DNA of 54,238 nucleotides, taken from the NCBI GenBank assembly GCA_037443065.1, contig JBBIPB010000001.1, positions 1 through 54,238 on the forward strand. Direction: 5' to 3'. Positions within the stretch are counted from its first letter, which is position 1, and each line of letters opens with the position of its first letter. The DNA comes from Acidobacteriota bacterium. GTDB taxonomy: Bacteria > Acidobacteriota > Thermoanaerobaculia > UBA5066. Both the position numbers and the translations under genes were made by a program. The notes under the pieces were generated by a model that was given only the letters and a program-made list of their open reading frames with translations, did not search any database and had not been told where the DNA came from. This document shows, one piece after another, positions 1 through 8,006 of the stretch.

Positions 1-2776
1 CGTGCTGCGGGCTCTTGGCGGCGCGCTGGAACTCGCCGATCGCCTCGTCCACGAGAGACATCTCCTTGTAGGCGATCCCGAGGTTGTAGTGGGTCTCGTA
101 GTCCCCGGGCGAGAGCTGCTGCTCCACCCCTTTCTTGAACTCCCGGAAGATCTCCTCGAGGGGAACGTCCTGTGCGCCGGCCTGCGTCGCGGTCGGCGGG
201 CCATCGACCCCGCCCGCCTCCTGGCGCAGCTCCGCCTGGAGGTCGCCCGCGAAGTTGAAGAACTCCTGCTCGTCGGAAAAGAGAGCGGACTCGTCGATGG
301 GAACCCCGCCGGGGGGCGACCTCGACTCGGGGGCCGCCTTCGGCGGCGCGACGGCCGAGCCGCGGGCCATTTCGTCCGTCAGCGCGCGCCCCAGCTCGGC
401 GTCGAGGACCGACTCGAAATCGTCGGTCAGGATCTCCTCGGGGACGGGGCGCCCCTCCGCGACCGGGCTCCACGCCTCGAGCCGCGCGCGGCGCTCTCCG
501 AGGTGCGGGTCTCCCGGATACCGCGCCTCGAGCGCCCGGAGGCGCTCCGAGGCGTCCACGACCATTCCCTGGTCGAGGCAGAAGTCCACCTCCGAGAGCC
601 GCTCGGGGGGGACGCCTGGCGGAGGCGGGACCGGCCGCGGGGCGCCATCCACCGGCAGCAGCGCCGCGCGTCTCTCCGCCGACGTTCGCCGCCTTCGGCC
701 CGACCGGCTTCCGGGCGTCGTGTCGATGAAGGAGCCCGGAAGGCTGCCCTCGAGCGTCTCGCCCATCTCGACGTTGGTCCTCTCGACGAGGAGCGCGTCG
801 AGCGCCGCGACCCGGTCCTGGCGGCCGTCGGCCCGGTACCGCTCCTTCAGGTGCTCCGCTTCCCGGATGGCGGCCGACTTCTTTCCCGCCTCGAGGCAGA
901 TCTCGAAGAGCTTCTCGCGGAGCGGGAGGGCTTCCCCGTGCCGGATCAGAACCCCGCGGAGCTGTTCGATCGCCTTCTCGAGTAGGCCGTACTTCCGAAA
1001 GACCTCGATCTCCGCGAGGATCGTCTCGGTCTCGACCGGAGTGAGGGGAGGCGTCCCCGCGGGCGCCGCGGGACGTCGACCCGGGCCCGTGTCGGCGGCG
1101 ACGCCCCCGGTGTCCTCCATCGCCTCGGGAAGAGGGACCGGGCTCACGGCCGGGAGAGGCAGGACTGCGGCATCGACCTCCTGGGCCTCCGGCAGCTCCG
1201 CCGGAGGTGCACCCCCCAAGGTCCGCCCGGAGAGCGACGCGGGGAGGGCGGCCGGCCGGTGTCCCTCGAAATCGAAGCCCGCCTCGCGCGGGGCCGGCGC
1301 GGACGGCGTCACGGGAATGTCGGCCTGAGACGCCCGGCGCACCGCAGCCGGCACCGGACCCGTCGAGCCGGGGTCGTGAACGAGCTGCTCGTCGTCGAAC
1401 TCCACGATGAACTCGCCCGATGCCGCCATCGGCGGGATCGAGGGTGAGGGCGCCTCCGCCTTCGTGACGTGCCCGGTGATCTCGAGGCTCACGTCGGCGG
1501 GAGGCAAAGCCGCGGAGCTCATCGGCGACTGTCGCCGGGGCGGTACCGCGGTGGTCGTCGAGGGCGGAACGAAAACGGCGCGAGGCGCGGACTCCTTCGG
1601 CCGTGCGGCGGCGGGCTCGAGATGCGAGAGCCGGGTCCGAAACTCGGCGTTCTCCGGCGCGAGCCGGATCAGAATCCGGAGCGCGTCCGCCGCGTCGTCG
1701 AGCCTTCCCTGGCTCTTCCAGAGCTCGGCGAGGCGCGACCGGTATGGCACCCCGCCTTCCATTCCCTCCGCGGCCTCGGCGATCTGCACGAGCTTGGCGA
1801 GGACCAGCTCGTTGTTCTGTGCGGCGTCCGTGAGGGGCGTGAGGATCGCGAGGGCTTTCTTCGCCTCGCCCCGTCTCATCGCCCGGTCGGCGAGGGCGAC
1901 CGCGGCCGACAGGGCCGCACCCGGAGCTCCCGAGCGGACGTGAACGCGGACGACGGCCTGGAGAACCTCTTCGTTTTCCGGCTCGACGGAGTGCGCCTTC
2001 CCGACGTGCAGCCGCGCCTCCTCCGAATCGCCGGCCGCGAGCGCCGCCTCGCTCGCGAGGAGGAAGAGCGGAACGGAGCGCGGCGTCGTCTCGAGCGCGC
2101 GGCGGAGGTGGTCCCTCGCCTCGGCGATGCGCCCCGCCTGGAGCAGCATCGGAACGTACGTCCGGAGGATCTCTCCGTTGTCGGGCCCGAGCCGGAGCGC
2201 CTTGTCGTAGACCTGCAGCGCCTCGTCATCGGCTCCGCGCTCATGAAGGAGTCCCGCCACGACCGCGTACTGCTTGAGCGCCTCGCTCGTCCGGCGCGCC
2301 TGCGTGCAGAGGTCGGCGAGCTTGACGTGAAACTGGATGTTCTGCGGCTCGGTCGCCACCATCTTCTGGTAGATCCCGATCGCGCCGATGACGTTCTCGT
2401 TCTTCGCGTGGTAGTCCGCGAGGACCTGGTACTGGCTCTTCGCCTCGGTCGTCAGTCCCTGCTTCGCGTAGAGCTCCGCGAGGCGCTCGTAGACGTCGAG
2501 GCGCGCCGGGTCGAGCTTGTTGATCTTCTTGTAGATCGCGATCGCCTTCAGGAAGAAGCCGTCGCGGGAGTAGTGCTCGGCGATCCGCGTGAAGTACGGG
2601 ATCGACTCCTCGTTCCGGTTCAGGCGGACGAAGAGGTCGCCCACCTTGTTCAGGATGTTGATGTCTCCCGGCGATTCCTCGAGGACCTTCAGGTAGTCCT
2701 TGAGGGCGGAATCGACCTTTCCCTTCTGGAGGGACTTCTCCGCGGAGGCGATCAGGGTCTCGCGCTTGCTCGCCAC
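1..2776 (-). CDS. Large TPR-repeat protein (first 925 codons; C-terminus lies beyond the left window edge)
   Basis: This gene is absent from the supplied ORF track because it has no stop inside the window. My own minus-strand translation is open from GTG at 2776-2774 down to nt 1. It begins VASKRETLIASAEKSLQKGKVDSALKDYLKVLEESPGD. It has repeated TPR-like units (FFLKAIAIYKKINKLDP, TTEAKSQYQVLADYHAK, HYNLGIAYKEMSLVDEAIGEFQRA) split by a Pro/Ala/Ser-rich linker. Third codon positions are strongly G/C. There is an 11-nt gap after the rnhB stop. Confidence 0.75.
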   Translation of the reverse strand, partial: MASKRETLIASAEKSLQKGKVDSALKDYLKVLEESPGDINILNKVGDLFVRLNRNEESIPYFTRIAEHYSRDGFFLKAIAIYKKINKLDPARLDVYERLAELYAKQGLTTEAKSQYQVLADYHAKNENVIGAIGIYQKMVATEPQNIQFHVKLADLCTQARRTSEALKQYAVVAGLLHERGADDEALQVYDKALRLGPDNGEILRTYVPMLLQAGRIAEARDHLRRALETTPRSVPLFLLASEAALAAGDSEEARLHVGKAHSVEPENEEVLQAVVRVHVRSGAPGAALSAAVALADRAMRRGEAKKALAILTPLTDAAQNNELVLAKLVQIAEAAEGMEGGVPYRSRLAELWKSQGRLDDAADALRILIRLAPENAEFRTRLSHLEPAAARPKESAPRAVFVPPSTTTAVPPRRQSPMSSAALPPADVSLEITGHVTKAEAPSPSIPPMAASGEFIVEFDDEQLVHDPGSTGPVPAAVRRASQADIPVTPSAPAPREAGFDFEGHRPAALPASLSGRTLGGAPPAELPEAQEVDAAVLPLPAVSPVPLPEAMEDTGGVAADTGPGRRPAAPAGTPPLTPVETETILAEIEVFRKYGLLEKAIEQLRGVLIRHGEALPLREKLFEICLEAGKKSAAIREAEHLKERYRADGRQDRVAALDALLVERTNVEMGETLEGSLPGSFIDTTPGSRSGRRRRTSAERRAALLPVDGAPRPVPPPPGVPPERLSEVDFCLDQGMVVDASERLRALEARYPGDPHLGERRARLEAWSPVAEGRPVPEEILTDDFESVLDAELGRALTDEMARGSAVAPPKAAPESRSPPGGVPIDESALFSDEQEFFNFAGDLQAELRQEAGGVDGPPTATQAGAQDVPLEEIFREFKKGVEQQLSPGDYETHYNLGIAYKEMSLVDEAIGEFQRAAKSPQH

Positions 2777-2787
2777 GTCCCGCTCCG

Positions 2788-3534
2788 TCAGGCCGCCTTC
2801 CGGCCGGAGGCGGGAAGGACGCCGTCGAACGTCAGGCGGTGCTCGGGGGACGGGCCATGCCGACGGAGGGCGGCGAGGTGCGCCGCCGTCCCGTAGCCGC
2901 GGTGGGACGAGAAGCCGTAGAAGGGCCACTCGGCGTGAAGCGCCTCCATCCGGCGGTCGCGCGCGGTCTTCGCGACGATCGACGCCGCCGCGATGCATGC
3001 CACCCGCGCGTCGCCGCGCACGAAGGCCTCCTGGGCGGCGTCGAGACCCGGGAGGGTCACGGCGTCGAAGAGGACGAGGTCCGGTACGAGGCCGGCCTGC
3101 CGGAGGGCCTCCAGGGCTCGCCGCATCGCGAGAAGGGTCGCCGGTGCGATTCCGATCGCGTCGATCTCGGAGGCCGACGCCTCTCCGAGGCCGACCCCGA
3201 GGGCCCGCGCGCGGATCCGGACCGCGAGGTCTTCCCGGACCACTGCCGGAAGCGCTTTCGAGTCGTCGAGGCCGCAGAGGGACTCGAACCCCGCGAAGAC
3301 GGCCGCGGCCGCGTAGACGGGCCCCGCGAGGCAGCCGCGGCCGACCTCGTCCACTCCCGCCACGCACGACCGCCCCCGGAGACGGGCCGACTCCTCGATC
3401 TCGAAGAGACGCCGCAGGCGCTCGCGCTCGGCCGGGAGGTCACACGCCCCGACACGGTTTCTGGCCACGCTCCCCCGTTCTCGAACCGTGCGGCTCCCGG
3501 CCGCACGGGACGTCCGATGGACGGCGCCGTGCAC
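2788..3534 (-). CDS. rnhB: Ribonuclease HII
   Basis: Carries RNase HII motifs: GVDEVGRGCLAGPVYAAAAV, LDDSKAL and SSHRGYGTAAHLAALRRHGPSPEHRLTF. The listed start is a GTG and may be too far upstream. Confidence 0.85.
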   Translation of the reverse strand: MHGAVHRTSRAAGSRTVRERGSVARNRVGACDLPAERERLRRLFEIEESARLRGRSCVAGVDEVGRGCLAGPVYAAAAVFAGFESLCGLDDSKALPAVVREDLAVRIRARALGVGLGEASASEIDAIGIAPATLLAMRRALEALRQAGLVPDLVLFDAVTLPGLDAAQEAFVRGDARVACIAAASIVAKTARDRRMEALHAEWPFYGFSSHRGYGTAAHLAALRRHGPSPEHRLTFDGVLPASGRKAA

Positions 3535-3546
3535 CGGGCCGGCGCC

Positions 3547-3897
3547 CTAGTTCTCCCGCTTCTCGGCGATCCGTGCCGCCTTGCCGCGGCGTTCTCTAAG
3601 GTAGTAGAGCTTGGCGCGGCGCACCTGTCCGTGCCGCTCCACTTCGATCCGCTCGAGAACGGGCGAGTGAACCGGGAAGGTCCTCTCCACGCCGATGCCC
3701 TGGGAGATCTTGCGGACGGTGAACGTCTCCCGGGCCCCGCCCCCCTTGCGCGCGATCACCAGCCCCTGGAAGACCTGAACCCGCTCCTTCTCCCCTTCCC
3801 TCACCTTCACGTGCACCTTCACGGTGTCGCCGGGGCCGAAGGGGGGAACGTCGCCGCGAAGGCTGACCCGCTCAGCCATCAAGAGCTTGTCCGTCAT
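3547..3897 (-). CDS. rplS: 50S ribosomal protein L19
   Basis: The full-length 116-aa translation ([35 protein letters not shown]...RRAKLYYLR) is typical L19. A GGAGG sits 9 nt upstream of the ATG. Confidence 0.95.
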   Translation of the reverse strand: MTDKLLMAERVSLRGDVPPFGPGDTVKVHVKVREGEKERVQVFQGLVIARKGGGARETFTVRKISQGIGVERTFPVHSPVLERIEVERHGQVRRAKLYYLRERRGKAARIAEKREN

Positions 3898-3987
3898 GAC
3901 GAGATACCTCCGATTGCGTCCTGGCGGGCCTGGCTGGACGGGGACACGAAAACCTCTGGCCCGAAACCGAGAACCCGTCTCGGCATG

Positions 3988-4737
3988 TTAAGGGGATTCG
4001 CCCCGACGCGCAAGCCGCACAAGGAACTCCCTTTCCTCCTCGGTCAGGTGCGCCCTCTCGAGGAGATCCGGCCGCCGCGCCGCGGTCGAGAGGAGCTTTC
4101 TCTCGCGCCGCCATCTCAGGATCCGGTCGTGATGCCCGGAGAGAAGGACCTCCGGCACGGGAAGTCCCCGGAAGTCGCGAGGCCGCGTGTAGTGCGGGTG
4201 ATCGAGAAGCCCGTCCTCGAAGCTGTCGGCCCGGACGCTCTCCGGGTCGCCGACGACCCCGGGAACGAATCTCGAGACGGCTTCGAGGACGACGAGGGCC
4301 GCCGCTTCGCCGCCCGGGAGGACGAAGTCGCCGACGGAGATCTCCTCGTCGAAGAGCCCGGCGTCGCGCGTCCGCTCGTCGATCCCCTCGTATCGTCCGC
4401 AGACGAGAGCGACCCGGGGACGGCGGGAGAGCGCGCGTGCCCCTTCCGCGTCGAAGCGGCGGCCGTCCGGCGAGAGGAAGACGACGTGCGGTGGCGGGGC
4501 GCCGGCCTGGCCGCGCAGCGCCTCCACCGCGGCGAAGACGGGAGGCGCCGCGAGGACCATCCCGGGCCCGCCTCCATAGGCCTCGTCGTCCACTTTCCGG
4601 TGGGGATCCTCCGAGAAATCCCGGAGGTCGATCACGTGGATCTCGAGGAACCCGGCGTCCACGGCCTTCCCGACGAGCGCCTCTGCGAGCGGCGACGCGA
4701 AATACCCCGGGAAGATCGTGACTATGTCGAAGCGCAT
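3988..4737 (-). CDS. trmD: tRNA (guanine37-N1)-methyltransferase
   Basis: The real start is the internal ATG at 4737 (MRFDIVTIFPGYF...). The 96 codons listed upstream are Arg/Ser/Pro junk that overlaps rimM. It has DDEAYGGGPGMVL and the TrmD C-terminal domain. Confidence 0.9.
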   Translation of the reverse strand: MRFDIVTIFPGYFASPLAEALVGKAVDAGFLEIHVIDLRDFSEDPHRKVDDEAYGGGPGMVLAAPPVFAAVEALRGQAGAPPPHVVFLSPDGRRFDAEGARALSRRPRVALVCGRYEGIDERTRDAGLFDEEISVGDFVLPGGEAAALVVLEAVSRFVPGVVGDPESVRADSFEDGLLDHPHYTRPRDFRGLPVPEVLLSGHHDRILRWRRERKLLSTAARRPDLLERAHLTEEEREFLVRLARRGESP

Positions 4738-4765
4738 CTGGAGGAAGCGTACCGCGACGGGGGCC

Positions 4766-5263
4766 TCAGTCCAGCAGCCCCGCCGGAGGGTCGAGGACGA
4801 TCCGCCGCGCCGCGAGATCGACGGCGACGACGATGGGCCGGGAGAACGGGACCTCCCGGAGGCCGCGAGGCGTCTCGAGGACGAGAAGCGGGCGCCCGGC
4901 CGCGTCGACGAGGTCCCGGACGGTTCCGAGCGGCCGTCCCTCCGGAGAGACGGCCGCGAGTCCGGCGGCCTCGTGCCGGAAGACGTACCCCTCCGGCCGC
5001 TCGGGCTCGTCGCCGGGCAAGGCACAGAGATCGGCTCCCCGAAGAGCGTCCACCTCCTCGGGCGTCGCGAGCCCTTCGAAGCGGAGGAGGAGCCGTTTTC
5101 CGTGGACCCGCATGGACGCGATGCGAAGAGGAGAGACCTCGCCGGACGGTTTGCACGCGCCGAGCGCGCGACCGGGGCGAAACCGGTCCGGGAAGTCCGT
5201 GAGGACCTCGACGGAGGCTTCCCCCCGGATTCCGTGCGGCTTCACGACGCGCCCGACGACCAC
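4766..5263 (-). CDS. rimM: 16S rRNA processing protein RimM
   Basis: VVVGRVVKPHGIRGEASVEVLTDFPDRF is the RimM N-terminal signature. I place the start at GTG 5263-5261, because the listed ATG at 5374 would overlap rpsP by 80 nt. Confidence 0.8.
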   Translation of the reverse strand: MVVGRVVKPHGIRGEASVEVLTDFPDRFRPGRALGACKPSGEVSPLRIASMRVHGKRLLLRFEGLATPEEVDALRGADLCALPGDEPERPEGYVFRHEAAGLAAVSPEGRPLGTVRDLVDAAGRPLLVLETPRGLREVPFSRPIVVAVDLAARRIVLDPPAGLLD

Positions 5264-5294
5264 GAGGTCCCCCGGGCGGCCGGGGAGAGCCGCG

Positions 5295-5528
5295 TCAGCT
5301 CTTCCCGGCGATGAGCCTGCGGACCGTCTCGGAGGGCCGGGCCCCCTTGGCGACCCACGCTTTGGCTTTCTCACGGTCGAACTTCACGGTCGGGGGATTT
5401 TTCGTCGGGTCGTACGAGCCGAGCTCCTCGACGATCTTGGCCGTCGGGGTCCGGCGGCTGTCGGAGACGACGATTCGGTACGCGGGAGCGTTCGTGCCGC
5501 CGACGCGGCGGAGACGGATCTTCAGCAT
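5295..5528 (-). CDS. rpsP: 30S ribosomal protein S16
   Basis: MLKIRLRRVGGTNAPAYRIVVSDSRRTPTAKIVEELGSYDP is canonical S16. Confidence 0.95.
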   Translation of the reverse strand: MLKIRLRRVGGTNAPAYRIVVSDSRRTPTAKIVEELGSYDPTKNPPTVKFDREKAKAWVAKGARPSETVRRLIAGKS

Positions 5529-5559
5529 GTCACCTCACCTGTTTCTTTCGGATTGTCGC

Positions 5560-6861
5560 TCAGCCGCGCATGCGCGCGGCGCTCTTCAACATCTTCTTCA
5601 TCGACTGGTACTGCCGGAGGAGCTGGTTCACCTCGGGGACGGTCGTGCCGGAGCCGGAAGCGATCCGCTTCCTCCGGCCTCCGTTGATGATCGATGGATC
5701 CTCCCGCTCGAGAGGGGTCATCGAGTCGATGATCGCTTCGAGGGTTTTGGTCGCATCGTCGGGGATGTCGAGATTCGCGAGCTGCCTCAAGGGACCGACC
5801 TTCGGCAGGTGGCCGAGGAGCGAGCCGAGCGGGCCGATGCCCTTGAGCTGTCGCATCTGGTCGCGGAGGTCCGTGAGGGTGAACTCGTTCTTTCGCAGCC
5901 TCTCGGCAGTTCGAAGCGCCGCCGCCTCGTCGGTCCCCGCCGTGACCTTTTCGAGGAGCGACTGGACATCGCCGAGCCCGAGAAGCCTCGAGGCCGCGCG
6001 GTCCGGGTGAAACGGCTCGAAGTCCTTCACCTTCTCGCCGGTTCCGACGAACTTCAGCGGGCGCCCCACGACCGTGCGGAGCGAGAGCGCGGCGCCCCCG
6101 CGCGCATCCCCGTCGGTCTTCGTCAGGATGACGCCCGAGAGGGGGAGCTTCTCGGCGAAAGCCTGGGCTGAGCGAACGGCGTCCTGTCCAGTCATCGCGT
6201 CCGCCACGAAGAGCACCTCGTCGGCTTCCACAGCGGCGTGAAGGCGCGCGACTTCCTCCATGAGCGCCGCGTCGACGTGGAGGCGCCCGGCCGTGTCGAT
6301 GATCGCGGCGTCGTAGCCGAAGAGCTTCGCCTCCTTGACCGCGGCGCGCGCCCGGGAGACGGCGTCCGCCTCCCCTTTCGGGTCCCACGACGAGAGACCG
6401 TTCTCCTTCGCCAGCGTCCGGAGCTGCTCCGTGGCGGCCGGGCGATGGACGTCGGCGGGGACGAGGAGAACGCTCTTGCCGAGGTTCTTCTTCAGGTGAA
6501 GCGCGAGCTTCGCGGCGGTCGTCGTCTTTCCCGACCCCTGGAGGCCGACGATCAGGATGACGGCCGGCCGCTTCTTGAGCGCGAGAGGAACGACATTGCC
6601 CCCAAGGACACGGGCCAGCTCATCCTGGACGATCTTGAGGACCTGTTGCGCCGGGGAAAGGGAGGTCAGGACTTCCTTTCCGACGGCCTTCTCCCGGACC
6701 ACCGCGGTGAAGTCCTTGACGACTGAGAGGCTCACGTCGGCCTCGAGGAAGGCGGTCCGGATCTCCTCGAGGGCCTGGTCAACGTGAAATTCCGTCAGAT
6801 GGCCCTCTCCGCGGAGCTCCTTGAAGACGCGCTGAAGCCTGTCGGAGAGGGTCTCGAACAT
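5560..6861 (-). CDS. ffh: Signal recognition particle protein Ffh
   Basis: Shows the N-domain, the SRP54 GTPase (GLQGSGKTTTAAKLA, DTAGR, TKTDGDARGG) and the Met-rich M-domain. Confidence 0.95.
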   Translation of the reverse strand: MFETLSDRLQRVFKELRGEGHLTEFHVDQALEEIRTAFLEADVSLSVVKDFTAVVREKAVGKEVLTSLSPAQQVLKIVQDELARVLGGNVVPLALKKRPAVILIVGLQGSGKTTTAAKLALHLKKNLGKSVLLVPADVHRPAATEQLRTLAKENGLSSWDPKGEADAVSRARAAVKEAKLFGYDAAIIDTAGRLHVDAALMEEVARLHAAVEADEVLFVADAMTGQDAVRSAQAFAEKLPLSGVILTKTDGDARGGAALSLRTVVGRPLKFVGTGEKVKDFEPFHPDRAASRLLGLGDVQSLLEKVTAGTDEAAALRTAERLRKNEFTLTDLRDQMRQLKGIGPLGSLLGHLPKVGPLRQLANLDIPDDATKTLEAIIDSMTPLEREDPSIINGGRRKRIASGSGTTVPEVNQLLRQYQSMKKMLKSAARMRG

Positions 6862-6916
6862 CGAGGGGCGCAGAGTGTAGCAGGGGGGCTCGAGAGCCCG
6901 TTCGCGAGAGGTTTAC

Positions 6917-6944
6917 TTGACAGACGTCGGCCATTGGATATCCT
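6917..6944 (+). promoter_or_regulatory. Candidate sigma70-type promoter (TTGACA-16 nt-TATCCT) in the ffh/lipoprotein divergent spacer
   Basis: TTGACA lies at 6917-6922 and TATCCT at 6939-6944, inside the only clearly lower-GC intergenic stretch here. A second weaker candidate is TTGACC 7018-7023 with TAGAAC 7043-7048 (19-nt spacer), nearer the ATG at 7085. This is a pattern match only. Confidence 0.25.
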
Positions 6945-7084
6945 GCTCCGTGAAGTTCGGGGTGTCGCAGACGCCGCGGTGTCCTTGCGCGCACAAGGCG
7001 CCGCCGTCGAAATCGAGTTGACCGCACAGACCGGATCGCAGGTAGAACTTGCGTAACACCAACAGGTAGAAGGAGATAAGAAAC

Positions 7085-7291
7085 ATGAAGAAGCTCGCAT
7101 CCGCACTCGCCGCCTCCGTCCTCGCCCTCGGCCTCGTGGCTTGCGCCAAGCCCGAAGAGAAGCCGGCCCCGAAGGCCGAAGCCCCGAAGGTCGTCGAGGA
7201 GAAGCCGGCCGCCACGGCCGCCGCCCCCGCGACGCCGGCAACCGCGGCCCCGGCCACGACTGCCGCCCCGGCTGCCCCGGCCACCAAGTAA
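7085..7291 (+). CDS. Small (68 aa) Pro/Ala/Lys-rich lipoprotein ending in Lys
   Basis: AAGGAG lies 8 nt upstream of the ATG. The signal peptide has a lipobox (LALGLVAC). The mature part is low complexity (KPEEKPAPKAEAPK..., PATPATAAPATT) and ends ...PATK. An intrinsic terminator follows directly. Confidence 0.6.
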   Translation: MKKLASALAASVLALGLVACAKPEEKPAPKAEAPKVVEEKPAATAAAPATPATAAPATTAAPAAPATK

Positions 7292-7311
7292 CGCCGAATT
7301 TTCGCTCGGCG

Positions 7312-7346
7312 AAAACGCCCCGGCTTGCCGGGGCGTTTTCCTTTCA
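7312..7346 (+). terminator. Rho-independent terminator
   Basis: A perfect 12-bp stem, AAAACGCCCCGG (7312-7323) with CCGGGGCGTTTT (7328-7339), has a CTTG loop and runs into a TTTTCCTTTC tract. Confidence 0.7.
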
Positions 7347-7356
7347 CGCTCCGTGA

Positions 7357-7509
7357 CCGAGACGCGCGCCCCACGAGGCGCTCTACGCGGACGACCGCGG
7401 CGATTTCGTCGCGGCGGCGCGGACGATCGGGATCCCGGGCTTCGTCGTCACCGCTCCGGGCGTCTTCGAGCGCTCGCTCATCCGGCTCGGCCTTCTCGAC
7501 CCGGTATGA
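7357..7509 (+). pseudogene. Probable 3' remnant of a HAD-family hydrolase gene (about 50 codons, no start)
   Basis: The frame opens right after a TGA at 7354. It reads PRRAPHEALYADDRGDFVAAARTIGIPGFVVTAPGVFERSLIRLGLLDPV-stop. The xxALxxDDxxxxVxAAxxxGIxG part matches the last HAD motif region. There is no start codon or RBS, and it sits between the terminator and the next gene. Confidence 0.3.
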
Positions 7510-7519
7510 TCCGCGTCCC

Positions 7520-7975
7520 ATGAGGAAGCCTGTCCTGTTCCGCTCCGCCCTGCTCGGAACTGCAACGCTCCTCCTTCTGACCGGGGGCTGCGCCCGCCGT
7601 TCGCCGGCTCCCGCCGCAACCGGCTCGACGGCAGTCGAGTTCGCGTCCCTCGACTTTTCCGCCGCCCTCTCCCGCGCCCGGCAGGAGAAACGTCTCGTGA
7701 TGGTCGACTTCTACACGGACTGGTGTGGCTGGTGCAAGAAGCTCGACAAGGAGACGTACGCCGACGCGCGCGTGGCGGAAGCCCTCCGGGACGTCATCTC
7801 GATCAAGGTGAACGCAGAGAAGGGGGGCGAGGCGGTGGCCGAGCAGTACCGCGTGCAAGGCTTCCCCACCGTGATCTTCGTCTCCGGGTCGGGCGAAATC
7901 GTCCGGAAGGTCGAAGGCTACGTCGGGGCTGACGAGATGCTCCAGATCGTGACCTCCCTGAAACGACCCGCCTGA
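7520..7975 (+). CDS. Thioredoxin-fold lipoprotein (CxxC)
   Basis: The internal ATG at 7520 gives MRKPVLFRSALLGTATLLLLTGGC (lipobox). This is followed by VMVDFYTDWCGWCKKLDKETY and GFPTVIF, a thioredoxin-like fold. Confidence 0.8.
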   Translation: MRKPVLFRSALLGTATLLLLTGGCARRSPAPAATGSTAVEFASLDFSAALSRARQEKRLVMVDFYTDWCGWCKKLDKETYADARVAEALRDVISIKVNAEKGGEAVAEQYRVQGFPTVIFVSGSGEIVRKVEGYVGADEMLQIVTSLKRPA

Positions 7976-8006
7976 TCAGGGTCCGGATGGACTCCGCGGG
8001 CCGAGG

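Noticed and set aside
3898-3987. Hairpin CCGAGA-cgggt-TCTCGG followed by TTT (minus strand) between trmD and rplS, as a possible attenuator or terminator.
   Set aside because: It has only a 6-bp stem and a weak U tract. The rpsP-rimM-trmD-rplS genes are normally co-transcribed. The evidence is insufficient.
6945-7084. Possible small RNA, riboswitch or SRP RNA gene in the AT-richer spacer next to ffh.
   Set aside because: I could not recognise any conserved ncRNA motif. For example, there is no SRP RNA domain IV-like GGAA/AGCA loop context. The hairpins are short (e.g. CCTTG...CAAGG). It is more simply a promoter and leader region for the small lipoprotein gene and ffh.
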